Shown: positions 8,509 to 17,898 of the stretch, piece after piece
How the letters are laid out: every line of letters begins with the position of its first letter
Position numbering within the stretch: position 1 is the stretch's first letter
Assembly (NCBI GenBank): GCA_030696045.1
Contig: JAUYNO010000055.1
Location: forward strand, 46,175 to 110,174
Source of the DNA: Stagnimonas sp.
Lineage (GTDB): Bacteria > Pseudomonadota > Gammaproteobacteria > Nevskiales > Nevskiaceae
Length of the DNA: 64,000 bases
Direction: 5' to 3'
Made by a program: the position numbers and the translations under genes
The notes under the pieces: generated by a model
What the model was told of the DNA's origin: nothing
Database searches by the model: none
Seen by the model: only the letters and a program-made list of their open reading frames with translations

Positions 8509-8964
8509 ATGGCCAATCCCTTGCGGGAAGCGGTGAAGCGCCGCTTCTACCCTTTCGCTGAGTCAAGCGGCTTTCTGCGCGCGAAGTCGAGCCATCCGCA
8601 TTTCACAAGCTTTCGGCGGGTGCGCGGCGACATCGCTCAAGTCTTCGACATTCAGTGGGACAAGTACGGCCGGCCCAGTTTCGTGATCAACTTCGGCGAG
8701 GTCTGCCTGAATGAGCCGGAGTCATCCGCCGCCGCCGTCGAGACCCAACACTGCCCGGCCCTGCTCCGCCTGATACCCGACAAGGGCAGCCCGCGATGGT
8801 GGCGCCTCCGGAAACCGTGGCTTGAAGCGCTGGCGACCGGCCGCCTCAGGCACGAACCCAACGACGTGGTGGATCAGGTCATCACCTATTTCATGGAAGC
8901 CGAGACCTGGTGGGCCGAGAAGGTCGAAGGACCTCACGTTCGGCTGCAGTGGCGCATTCGCTGA
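8509..8964 (+). CDS. Hypothetical protein (DUF4304-like)
   Basis: ATG 8509 lies 4 bp after the ggt stop. 151 aa with FRRVRGDIAQVFDIQWDKYGRPSFVINFG, resembling DUF4304-type proteins; codon usage looks less GC-biased than its neighbours. Confidence 0.55.
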   Translation: MANPLREAVKRRFYPFAESSGFLRAKSSHPHFTSFRRVRGDIAQVFDIQWDKYGRPSFVINFGEVCLNEPESSAAAVETQHCPALLRLIPDKGSPRWWRLRKPWLEALATGRLRHEPNDVVDQVITYFMEAETWWAEKVEGPHVRLQWRIR

Positions 8965-9068
8965 CAAGCGATCACGGCCGACCTGGAACCTCCGCTGTCT
9001 CCGCGCAGCAAGGTGGGTGCAGCGTAGCGGACCCGCCCTGCGCGCTTGAACGATGACAACGAGCGAAG

Positions 9069-9084
9069 TGGCAAGCTTTTCGCT
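9069..9084 (+). promoter_or_regulatory. Putative sigma54 (-24/-12) promoter
   Basis: TGGCAAGCTTTTCGCT has GG and GC at the canonical spacing of TGGCAC-N5-TTGC and lies 45 bp upstream of ATG 9129. Confidence 0.5.
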
Positions 9085-9128
9085 AGCCTGACGAGGTTGT
9101 CATCCTCTCCATCAACCTGGACTCACTC

Positions 9129-9275
9129 ATGCGCAAACTTCTGCTCGCCGGCCTGATCGCCGCCTCCGTTGCCGCCCCGACCGCCGCCTTCGCTGCCATC
9201 GGTCCGGACAGCCTGGCCTACTGCGACATCCTGGAATGGCTCGGCTTCGTCAACGTCATGGCCTGCGAAGGCTAA
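9129..9275 (+). CDS. Small secreted peptide (48 aa): signal peptide plus 26-aa mature part with two Cys
   Basis: Below the ORF-track cutoff: MRKLLLAGLIAASVAAPTAAFA|AIGPDSLAYCDILEWLGFVNVMACEG*. Clean n/h/c signal regions with an AFA cleavage site and GC3-rich codons. Confidence 0.65.
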   Translation: MRKLLLAGLIAASVAAPTAAFAAIGPDSLAYCDILEWLGFVNVMACEG

Positions 9276-9304
9276 AAGCGGCAAGGCCGCGGCGCTGGGG
9301 CAAC

Positions 9305-10669
9305 TCAGCGTCGCGGCATCATGCCCGGCGGCAGCTTGCCGGCCAGCGAGCGCATCATCTTCGCCATGCCGCCACCGGCCATCTTCTTCATCATGTCGCG
9401 GGTCTGGTCGAACTGGCGTAGCAGCTGATTGACCTGCTGCACTTCAACGCCCGATCCGGCGGCGATGCGCCGCTTGCGGCTGGCCTTGATGAGGTCCGGA
9501 AACTGGCGCTCCTGCACGGTCATCGAGTTGATGATGGCGACCGTGCGCTTGATCTGTTTCTCGGGATTGGCCTGCTTGAGCTGGGCCTGCATGTTGGCGC
9601 CACCGGGCAGCTTCTCCAGCATCGACTCGATGCCGCCCATGTTCTGCATCTGCACCATCTGCTCGCGGAAGTCGGCGAGGTCGAAGCCCTTCTTGCTGCG
9701 GAGCTTGGCAGCGAGCTTGGCGGCCTTCTCGGTATCGACCCGCTGCACCGTCTCCTCGATCAGGCTGAGCATGTCGCCCTGGCCGAGGATGCGCGCCGCG
9801 ATGCGGTCCGGGTGGAAGACTTCGAGTTTGTCGCTCTTCTCGCCGACGCCGATGAACTTGATCGGCGCGCCGGTCACCTGCCGCACGCTCAGCGCCGCGC
9901 CACCGCGCGAGTCGCCGTCGGCCTTGGTGAGCACGACGCCGGTCAGCGGCACGCGGTCGGCGAAGGCGCGCGCGGTGCGGGCGGCGTCCTGGCCGGTCAT
10001 TGCATCGACCACGAACAGGGTCTCGACCGGATTGAGCGCGGCATGCAGGCCGGCCAATTCGACCATCATCTCCTCGTCGACCGTGGTACGGCCGGCGGTG
10101 TCGACGATCAGCACGTCGGCGAAGGATTTTTTGGCGTGCTCGACGGCGGCGCGGGCGATGGACTCGGGCGTCTGGCCGACTTCGGACGGGAAGAACTCCA
10201 CCCCCACCTGCCCCGCGACGATGCGCAGCTGCTCGATGGCGGCCGGACGGTAGACGTCGCAGGAGACGACGATGACGTTCTTCTTCTCACGCTCCTTCAG
10301 CAGCTTCGCCAGCTTGCCGACGGTGGTGGTCTTGCCGGCACCCTGCAGGCCGGCCATCAGCAGGATGGCGGGCGGCTGGGCGCGCAGGTTGAGCGGCACC
10401 ACTTCGCCGCCCAGGGTTTCGGTAAGCGCCTGCTGCACCATGCGCAGGAAGGCCTGGCCCGGCGTGAGGCTCTGGCTGATCTCGACGCCGAGAGCCTTGG
10501 CCTTCACCGACTCGATGAAGGTCTTGATGACCGGCAGGGCGACGTCGGCTTCCAGCAGCGCCATGCGCAGCTCGCGCGCGGCACCGTTGATCTGGTCTTC
10601 GGTCAGGCGACCCTGGCCGCGCAGGCTGTCGAGAACGCCGGACAGGCGCTGGCTGAGTGATTCAAACAT
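9305..10669 (-). CDS. ffh: Signal recognition particle protein Ffh
   Basis: MFESLSQRL start, GLQGAGKTT, DTAGR, TKADGDSRGG, Met-rich M domain with SRKRRIAAGSG. Confidence 0.98.
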   Translation of the reverse strand: MFESLSQRLSGVLDSLRGQGRLTEDQINGAARELRMALLEADVALPVIKTFIESVKAKALGVEISQSLTPGQAFLRMVQQALTETLGGEVVPLNLRAQPPAILLMAGLQGAGKTTTVGKLAKLLKEREKKNVIVVSCDVYRPAAIEQLRIVAGQVGVEFFPSEVGQTPESIARAAVEHAKKSFADVLIVDTAGRTTVDEEMMVELAGLHAALNPVETLFVVDAMTGQDAARTARAFADRVPLTGVVLTKADGDSRGGAALSVRQVTGAPIKFIGVGEKSDKLEVFHPDRIAARILGQGDMLSLIEETVQRVDTEKAAKLAAKLRSKKGFDLADFREQMVQMQNMGGIESMLEKLPGGANMQAQLKQANPEKQIKRTVAIINSMTVQERQFPDLIKASRKRRIAAGSGVEVQQVNQLLRQFDQTRDMMKKMAGGGMAKMMRSLAGKLPPGMMPRR

Positions 10670-10708
10670 GGGGTATGCGACTCGAAAGGAAGGCGGCCGG
10701 CGCGCCGC

Positions 10709-11476
10709 TTACAACATGAAGATCTCGCCGGATTCGAGGTGATGATAATTCCAGCCGGCCAAAACCGCCTCGCACTGGCGCTCGATCAGCGCCTCGGTGC
10801 CGGGCTTGTGATGGGTCAGCAGCAGTTGCGGCCGGTGCCGGAGCTTTTGCAGTTCGCGCGCCAGCAGGCTGGGCGTGAAGTGCTTGGAGGTCGCACCCAG
10901 TTCTTCCTGCTCGTCCGGGAAGGCGATCTCGATCATCAGCAGGTCCAGGCTCGGCAGGGCATTGAGCGACTGCCACAGGTTCTCGCAGGCCCAGGTGTCG
11001 CCGCTGAAGGCGAACACGCCGGTGGGCGTCTGGATCGCCACGCCCACCGCCGGCACGGTGTGCTTGACCTCGAAACTGTGCAGGCGGCGCGCCAGGCCCA
11101 GGTCCAGCTCGCGGCCGGGTGGCAGCTCGCGCCAGCGCAGCAAGGGGTGCTCGGGACTCGGCAACACCGAGAAGTCCGGCCAGATCTTCCAGTTGAAGAT
11201 GTGGTCGCGGATCGCCGTCAGCGTCAGGCTGGCGGCGTGGACCTCGATCGGCGAGTCGATCAGGTCGAACAGGTTGTCGGCCATGAAGGCCAGGCCGCAG
11301 ACATGGTCGAGGTGCGAATGGGTCAGCACCACATGACGGATGCGGCGCATCTGCGACAGCGCGAGATCGCCAACGCCGGTGCCGGCATCGATCAAGACCT
11401 CGTCATCGATCAGCACGCTGGTGGTGCGCAGCCCGGGCCCCACCCCACCGCTGCACCCCAGAACCTTGATCCGCAT
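10709..11476 (-). CDS. Class II 3',5'-cyclic-nucleotide phosphodiesterase (metallo-beta-lactamase fold)
   Basis: MRIKVLGCSGG...TTSVLIDDEVLIDAGTGV, THSHLDHV (HxHxDH), NHIFNWKIWPDF-type segment (DHIFNWKIWPDF), HTVPAVG, FSGDT. Confidence 0.8.
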   Translation of the reverse strand: MRIKVLGCSGGVGPGLRTTSVLIDDEVLIDAGTGVGDLALSQMRRIRHVVLTHSHLDHVCGLAFMADNLFDLIDSPIEVHAASLTLTAIRDHIFNWKIWPDFSVLPSPEHPLLRWRELPPGRELDLGLARRLHSFEVKHTVPAVGVAIQTPTGVFAFSGDTWACENLWQSLNALPSLDLLMIEIAFPDEQEELGATSKHFTPSLLARELQKLRHRPQLLLTHHKPGTEALIERQCEAVLAGWNYHHLESGEIFML

Positions 11477-11581
11477 TGAATTCCGCGACCCGGTTGGAAG
11501 CTCGATTCGAGTCTAGCACCAAGTCTTTCCGCGCCCGCCGGCGGCGCGGGGCGAACGCTACGGCGGTGCTATTCTCAAACC

Positions 11582-12376
11582 ATGTCGTTGCCCATCCTGC
11601 CGCTGGCGCTGGCCGCCCTGATCGCCTACACCGTCGCGGCCTGGCGGGCCGCCCACGGCGCCACCAACAATCAAGGAACGCTGGCCTTGCTGGTCGGCCT
11701 GGGCCTGCACGCGCTGGTGCTGGTCGGCAGCCTGCAGCTCGCGGGCGGGCGCCTGGGCCTGAGTCAGGCGCTGTCCCTGGTCACCTGGCAGACCGCGTTG
11801 CTGCTGGCACTGCTGTGGCGGGTCCAGACCCTGTGGCCACTGCGCACCGCGATCTACCCGCTGGCCGCCGCTGGCGCGCTGGTGGCGGCGCTGTGGCCCT
11901 CGCAGACCGGCGCCCAGGCGCCGCACGACTGGAAGATCGCCCTGCACGTGGCGCTGTCGATCTTCGCCGCCGGCCTGCTGACCCTGGCCGCTGCCCAGGC
12001 GGTGGCGCTGGCCGTGTTCGACCGCCTGCTGCACCGGCCCGACCAGCTCACCCGGGCGCTGCGCATGCCGCCGATGCAGTCGGCCGAGGACTGGCTGTTC
12101 CAGCTGATCGCCGCCGGCTTCTTCGTGCTGTCGCTGGCCCTGCTGTCGGGCCTGATCTTTGTCGACAACCTGTTCGCCCAGCACCTGGCGCACAAGACGG
12201 CGCTGTCGATCCTGGCCTGGGCCATCTTCGGCGCCTTGCTGCTGGGCCGCCGCCGCTGGGGCTGGCGCGGCCGGCGCGCGGTGCGCTGGGCGCTGTCGGG
12301 CTATGTCGCCTTCCTGCTCGCCTACTTCGGCAGCAAGCTGGTGCTGGAGCAACTCCTGGGTCGGCACTGGAGTTAG
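11582..12376 (+). CDS. ypjD: Cytochrome c assembly family inner-membrane protein (YpjD/CcsA-like)
   Basis: About 8 TM helices; LAHKTALSILAW and WGWRGRRA motifs; conserved divergent position next to ffh. Confidence 0.88.
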   Translation: MSLPILPLALAALIAYTVAAWRAAHGATNNQGTLALLVGLGLHALVLVGSLQLAGGRLGLSQALSLVTWQTALLLALLWRVQTLWPLRTAIYPLAAAGALVAALWPSQTGAQAPHDWKIALHVALSIFAAGLLTLAAAQAVALAVFDRLLHRPDQLTRALRMPPMQSAEDWLFQLIAAGFFVLSLALLSGLIFVDNLFAQHLAHKTALSILAWAIFGALLLGRRRWGWRGRRAVRWALSGYVAFLLAYFGSKLVLEQLLGRHWS

Positions 12377-12400
12377 CGGCCCGTTCCCGGGCGACTCCGC

Positions 12401-12430
12401 TTGACACCAAGCCCCGCCCTTCGCTACCTA
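12401..12430 (+). promoter_or_regulatory. Possible sigma70 promoter for the CNNM gene
   Basis: Perfect -35 TTGACA at 12401; only a weak -10 (TACCTA) 18 bp downstream. Confidence 0.3.
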
Positions 12431-12464
12431 TGACAGCCCTCGTGGTCACCGGCTGACGCCGCTC

Positions 12465-13742
12465 TTGGACGAATTACCTCTCGCGGCGGAGCTTGCGCTC
12501 CTGGTGTTCCTGCTGGCGCTGTCGGCGTTCTTCGCCGCCTCGGAAACCGGTCTGATGACCCTGAACCGCTACCGGCTCAAGACCCGGGCGCAGCAGGGTC
12601 ATCGCGGCGCCCGGCTGGCGCAGAAGCTGCTCGACCGCCCGGACCGCCTGATCGGCCTGCTGCTGCTCGGCAAGAATTTCTCCGACAACGCCGCCACCGT
12701 GGTCGCCACCCTGCTGTCGATCAAGCTGTTCGGCAACGACGAGGTGGTGCTCGGCATCACTACCGCCGTGCTGACCATCGTCATGCTGGTGTTTTCCGAC
12801 GCCGCGCCCAAGACCCTGGCGGCGCTCTACCCGGAGCGGGTCGGCATCCCCTCTGCCTACATCAACTACCCGCTGCAGTGGCTGCTGACGCCGGTGGTCT
12901 GGGTGGTGAGCCTGCTCAGCAACGGCGTGCTGCGCGCCATCGGTGTCACCAAGGAAGACGCCGCCACCCATTCGCTCTCGGCCGAGGAGCTGCGCACCGT
13001 GGTGGTGGAAGCCGGGGCGATGATCCCGCAGCGCCACCAGAGAATGTTGTTGTCCATCCTCGATCTCGAACACGCGACGGTCGAGGACATCATGATCCCG
13101 CGCAACGAGATCATCGGCATTGATCTCTCCGAGCCCTGGGAGCAGATCCACGAGGTGATCGTCGCCAGCAGCCACACCCGGCTGCCGGTGTTCAATGGCT
13201 CCATCGACGACCTCAAGGGCGTGGTGCACCTGCGCAAGCTGGTGCGCTCGGCGGCGATGGGCCAGCTCAACATCGACAGCCTGATGGCCCTGGTGCGCGA
13301 CCCCTATTTCATTCCGGAAGGCACGCCGCTGAACCAGCAGCTGCTGAATTTCCAGGACCAGAAGCGGCGGATCGGCTTCGTGGTCGACGAGTACGGCGAC
13401 ATCCAGGGCCTAGTGACGCTGGAAGACATCCTCGAAGAGGTGGTCGGCGAATTCACCAGCGACCCCGCCACCCGCCAGAAGCACGTCACCCTCGACCACG
13501 ACGGCTCGGCCCTGGTCAGCGGCAATGTCACCATCCGCAGCCTCAACCGCAGCCTGCAATGGCGCCTGCCCACCGACGGCCCCAAGACCCTCAACGGCCT
13601 GGTGGTGGAGCAGCTCGGCGACATCCCCAAGAGCGGCCGCCGGGTGCGTATCGGCAACTACGAGTTCGAGATCATCGAAGCCCGCGCCAACGCGGTGAAG
13701 ACCGCGCGGGTGCGGCCGGTGCTGCCTGCTCCTTCAGGCTGA
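12465..13742 (+). CDS. HlyC/CorC (CNNM-CBS-CorC) family transporter, YfjD-like
   Basis: TTG start; SAFFAASETGLMTLNRYRL (DUF21/CNNM), tandem CBS domains (DIMIPRNE, VVDEYGDIQGLVTLEDILEEVVGE) and a CorC C-terminal domain. Confidence 0.92.
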   Translation: MDELPLAAELALLVFLLALSAFFAASETGLMTLNRYRLKTRAQQGHRGARLAQKLLDRPDRLIGLLLLGKNFSDNAATVVATLLSIKLFGNDEVVLGITTAVLTIVMLVFSDAAPKTLAALYPERVGIPSAYINYPLQWLLTPVVWVVSLLSNGVLRAIGVTKEDAATHSLSAEELRTVVVEAGAMIPQRHQRMLLSILDLEHATVEDIMIPRNEIIGIDLSEPWEQIHEVIVASSHTRLPVFNGSIDDLKGVVHLRKLVRSAAMGQLNIDSLMALVRDPYFIPEGTPLNQQLLNFQDQKRRIGFVVDEYGDIQGLVTLEDILEEVVGEFTSDPATRQKHVTLDHDGSALVSGNVTIRSLNRSLQWRLPTDGPKTLNGLVVEQLGDIPKSGRRVRIGNYEFEIIEARANAVKTARVRPVLPAPSG

Positions 13743-13789
13743 ACCGAGGCAGTCGCTGACGCGGCAGCGCCCCGGCGCAACGCGAGGAC

Positions 13790-15151
13790 TCACCAGAGCG
13801 AAAGTGCCTGCTCCAGGCGCATGGCCGGCAGCACTTCCAGCTCGATGCCGGATGCCTTGCGCGGCCGGTTGGCCTCGGGAACGATGGCGCGCTTGAAGCC
13901 GTGCTTGGCGGCTTCCAGCAGGCGCTCCTCGCCATTGGGCACCGGCCGGATCTCGCCGGCCAGGCCGACCTCGCCGAAGATCACCAGATCGTTCGGCACC
14001 GCCTGACCCCGGAAACTCGACAGCGCCGCCACCAGCAGGGGCAGATCGGCGGCGGTTTCGGAAATCTTCATGCCGCCGACCACGTTGGCGAACACGTCCT
14101 GGTCACCGAGGGCGATGCCGGCATGGCGGTGCAGCACCGCCAGCAGCATGTGCAGGCGGTTGCCCTCCAGCCCCAGGGTCACTCGCCGGGGATTGCCGGC
14201 GGCCGAGGCATCGACCAGGGCCTGCACCTCCACCAGCAGCGGCCGGCTGCCCTGGCGGGTGACGGTGATGACGCTGCCGGCGACCGGCTGCTCGTGGCGC
14301 GACAGGAACAGCGCCGAGGGATTGCTGACCTCCTTCAGGCCGACGTCGGTCATCGCGAACACGCCCAGCTCGTTGACCGCGCCGAAGCGATTCTTGATGG
14401 CGCGGATGATGCGGTAGCGGCTGCCGACGTCCTGCTCGAAGTACAGCACGGTGTCGACCATGTGCTCCAGCACGCGGGGGCCAGCAATAGCGCCCTCCTT
14501 GGTGACATGGCCGACCAGGATGATGGTGCAGCCGCTCTGCTTGGCGTAGCGCACCACTTGCGCCGTGGTCTCGCGCAGCTGACTGACCGAGCCGGGCGCC
14601 GAGTCGAGGCTGTCGGTGTACAGGGTCTGGATCGAGTCCAGCACCACCAGGCCGGGCTTTTCACGGGCCAGCACCGCGAGCACCTGCTCGACGCTGGTTT
14701 CCGCCAGCACCGGCAGGTCCAGCCGGGGCAGGCCCAGGCGGCGGGCGCGCAGGTGCACCTGGGTCAGCGATTCCTCGCCGGTGATGTAGAGCGTCTTCAG
14801 CCGGCCTTCGACCCCGGCCAGCACCTGCAGCAGCAGGGTCGACTTGCCGATGCCGGGGTCGCCACCGATCAGGATCACCGCGCCCGGCACCAGGCCACCG
14901 CCCAGCACGCGGTCCATCTCGGCGAGTTCGGTGGCGACTCTCGGGGCGTCCTCGGCCGCAACCTCGGACAGGCGCTGCACCCGGCCGTCGGCAAGCCCGG
15001 CCATGCCGCCGCCGCGACCGCTGCGCGGGGCCGGCGGCACCTGCCCCTCCACCAGGCTGTTCCAGGCACCGCAATCGGGGCATTGACCCACCCATTTCGG
15101 GGATTGGCTGCCGCATTCCTGACAGATATACGCGGTCTTATTCTTGGCCAT
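13790..15151 (-). CDS. radA: DNA repair protein RadA/Sms
   Basis: C4 zinc finger CQECG...CPDCGAWN, Walker A GGDPGIGKST, KNRFG motif, Lon-like C-terminus. Confidence 0.98.
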   Translation of the reverse strand: MAKNKTAYICQECGSQSPKWVGQCPDCGAWNSLVEGQVPPAPRSGRGGGMAGLADGRVQRLSEVAAEDAPRVATELAEMDRVLGGGLVPGAVILIGGDPGIGKSTLLLQVLAGVEGRLKTLYITGEESLTQVHLRARRLGLPRLDLPVLAETSVEQVLAVLAREKPGLVVLDSIQTLYTDSLDSAPGSVSQLRETTAQVVRYAKQSGCTIILVGHVTKEGAIAGPRVLEHMVDTVLYFEQDVGSRYRIIRAIKNRFGAVNELGVFAMTDVGLKEVSNPSALFLSRHEQPVAGSVITVTRQGSRPLLVEVQALVDASAAGNPRRVTLGLEGNRLHMLLAVLHRHAGIALGDQDVFANVVGGMKISETAADLPLLVAALSSFRGQAVPNDLVIFGEVGLAGEIRPVPNGEERLLEAAKHGFKRAIVPEANRPRKASGIELEVLPAMRLEQALSLW

Positions 15152-15237
15152 GGGCCGTGCGGCGAGTCATGTTCTGGCGGCGGGGAATCGGGTTAGTATC
15201 CCCGGCAATTACAACGCAGAAACCGAGGGAGTGACGC

Positions 15238-17895
15238 GTGAAAGAGCGCATCTGGGCCAAGGACTGGTTCGCGGCGCTGGCCTATGCGCTGGGGTTCGCC
15301 ATCCTAGCCTATGGCGTGTTCTCGACCGGCTTCCAGGGACTGGAGCGGGCGGCCTACGACATGGGCGTGCGCGGCCACGACCGCCCGCCTTCCGATCGCA
15401 TCGCCATCGTCGCCATCGACGACGAGTCCATCGCCAACATGGGCCGCTGGCCCTGGCCGCGAACCAAGCAGGCGGCGCTGCTCGACAAGATCAATGCCGG
15501 CCAGCCGCGGCTGGTGGTCAACACCGCGCTCTATCTCGAACCCGAGCAGGGCGCCGCCGGCGACATCCAGGGCCTGGCCGATTTCCTGGCCGCCTCGCCC
15601 CTGCAGGGGCAGATTCCGGCCGAGATCGACAGCTTCGGCGTGATGCTGGCCGACGCCGCACCGCGCTCCGCCGAAGTGGCGCAGATCGCCAAGGCCTATA
15701 GCGAATCGGCGCTGGCGCGCAGCTATGTCGGCGCCATCAACGAGCTGTCGGCGCGGATCCGGGCCCTGGGCGGCGGTGGCTCGCCGGACACCACCCTAGG
15801 CGCCTCGCTGGCCGCCAGCCACGGCCTGCTGCCGATGCTGTTCACCCTCGGCCGCCCCCAGGGCCTGCCGGATCAGCCGCTGCCCGACTATGTGAAACGG
15901 GAGGCGCTGACCAATATCGTCGACCGCGTCGATGCCCGCGCCGGCGGCCTGCTGCCGATACCGACCGTGGCGGTGGCTATGCCCATCGCGCCCCTGGCGA
16001 CCGCCGCCGCCGGACTCGGCCACCTCAATGTCACCCCGGACGTCGACGGCGCGGTGCGCCAGGAAGCCCTGGTGCTGCAGCACTACGACAGCTTCTTCCC
16101 CTCGCTGGCGCTGCGCACAGCGGCGCAGGCGCTCAACCTCAAGCCCGCCGACATCGAAGTGCGCCTGGGCGAAGGCGTGCAGATGGGCGGGCTGAGTCTG
16201 GGCACCGATACCCGGCTGATGATGTACACCCAGTACTACGCCGACCGCGATGGCGCACCGGCCTTCCGCACCGATTCCGCCTACGACGTCTACGCCGGCA
16301 AGATTCCGGCGGAAAAGTACAAGGACAAGATCGTCCTGATCGGCACCACCGCCGCCGCCACCGGCGACAGCTTCGCCACCCCGGTATCGCCGGCGCTTGC
16401 GCCGGTGGCGCTGATGGCGCATACAGTGTCGAGCATCCTGCAGCAGGACTATTTCACCCGCCCGGGCTGGGCCCGGCCGGCGGAGTTCGGGCTGTTTCTG
16501 CTGCTGACCGCCTACCTGGCGTTGGCGGTGCCGCGGCTGTCGGCCGGCCTCGCCGCCGGCATCACCGCCGGCCTGGTGCTGGCCCTGTTCGCCGCCGAGT
16601 ACTTCCTGCTCGCCGGTTCGGCCCTGTGGCTGAAGCTGATGCTGCCGACTCTGTTCGTCGCCACCGGCTACGGCTTCATGCTGCTGAAGCGCTTCAACCT
16701 CGCGGAAAAACTCCAGTTCGCCAGCGAGACCGAGTCCTCCGAGTCCAACAAGATGCTGGGCCTCGCCTTCCAGGGACAGGGCCAGCTCGACATGGCCTTC
16801 GACAAGTTCAAGCGGGTCAAGCCGGTCGACGACAAGCTGCTCGACCTGGTCTACAACCTGGCGCTGGACTTCGAGCGCAAGCGGCAGTTCAACAAGGCCG
16901 AGGCGGTGTACCAGTACATCGCCGCCAACAACAAGGACTTCAAGGACATCCAGGCCAAGCTCAACCGCGCCAAGAAGCTGTCCGAGACCATCATCCTCGG
17001 CGGCGGCGCGATGGGCGCGACCACCGGCGGCGGCACCATGATCATGGCCGGCGGCGGCACCGAGAAGCCGATGCTGGGCCGCTACCAGGTCGAGAAGGAG
17101 CTGGGCAAGGGCGCGATGGGCGTGGTGTATCTGGGTAAAGACCCGAAGATCGGCCGCATGGTGGCGATCAAGACCATGGCGCTGTCGCAGGAATTCGAGG
17201 CCGACGAACTGAAGGACGTCAAGGATCGCTTCTTCCGCGAGGCCGAGACCGCCGGCCGCCTGAGCCACCCGAACATCGTGCAGATTTTCGATGCCGGCGA
17301 GGAGCACGACCTCGCCTACATCGCCATGGAGTTCGTCAAGGGCAACGACCTCACCAAGAACATCAAGCCCAATATGTTGCTGCCGGTGGAAGAAGTGCTG
17401 CGGCTGATGGCCGACGCCGCCGACGCGCTCGACTACGCGCACAGCAACAGCGTCGTGCACCGCGACATCAAGCCGGCCAACATGATGCTGCTGGCCGACA
17501 CCAAGGTGCTCAAGCTGATGGACTTCGGCATCGCCCGCATCGCCGATTCCAGCAAGACCAAGACCGGCATGGTGCTGGGCACGCCCAGCTACATGAGCCC
17601 GGAGCAGCTCTCGGGCAAGAAGGTCGATGGCCGCAGCGATCTGTTCTCGCTGGGGGTGACTACCTACCAGCTGCTCACCGGCACCCTGCCCTTCCAGGCC
17701 GATTCGATGGCGACCCTGATGTTCAAGATCGCCAACGAGCAGCACGCCTCGCCGCTGGTGGTGCGCCCCGACCTGCCGGCCGGCGTCGCCGAGATCATCG
17801 ACAAGGCCCTGGCCAAGAACTACGAGCAACGCTACCAGCGCGGCAACGATCTCGCCCGCGACCTGCGCGCCGTGCTGCGCGGCTTGAGCGCCTAG
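15238..17895 (+). CDS. CHASE2-domain membrane serine/threonine protein kinase with TPR segment
   Basis: GTG start with GAGGGAG SD; CHASE2 (IAIVAIDDESIANMGRWPWPR, GHLNVTPDVDGAVR), 3 TM helices, TPR-like region, Hanks kinase motifs LGKGAMGVVY, VAIK, HRDIKPAN, DFG, GTPSYMSPE. Confidence 0.93.
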   Translation: MKERIWAKDWFAALAYALGFAILAYGVFSTGFQGLERAAYDMGVRGHDRPPSDRIAIVAIDDESIANMGRWPWPRTKQAALLDKINAGQPRLVVNTALYLEPEQGAAGDIQGLADFLAASPLQGQIPAEIDSFGVMLADAAPRSAEVAQIAKAYSESALARSYVGAINELSARIRALGGGGSPDTTLGASLAASHGLLPMLFTLGRPQGLPDQPLPDYVKREALTNIVDRVDARAGGLLPIPTVAVAMPIAPLATAAAGLGHLNVTPDVDGAVRQEALVLQHYDSFFPSLALRTAAQALNLKPADIEVRLGEGVQMGGLSLGTDTRLMMYTQYYADRDGAPAFRTDSAYDVYAGKIPAEKYKDKIVLIGTTAAATGDSFATPVSPALAPVALMAHTVSSILQQDYFTRPGWARPAEFGLFLLLTAYLALAVPRLSAGLAAGITAGLVLALFAAEYFLLAGSALWLKLMLPTLFVATGYGFMLLKRFNLAEKLQFASETESSESNKMLGLAFQGQGQLDMAFDKFKRVKPVDDKLLDLVYNLALDFERKRQFNKAEAVYQYIAANNKDFKDIQAKLNRAKKLSETIILGGGAMGATTGGGTMIMAGGGTEKPMLGRYQVEKELGKGAMGVVYLGKDPKIGRMVAIKTMALSQEFEADELKDVKDRFFREAETAGRLSHPNIVQIFDAGEEHDLAYIAMEFVKGNDLTKNIKPNMLLPVEEVLRLMADAADALDYAHSNSVVHRDIKPANMMLLADTKVLKLMDFGIARIADSSKTKTGMVLGTPSYMSPEQLSGKKVDGRSDLFSLGVTTYQLLTGTLPFQADSMATLMFKIANEQHASPLVVRPDLPAGVAEIIDKALAKNYEQRYQRGNDLARDLRAVLRGLSA

Positions 17896-17898
17896 GCG

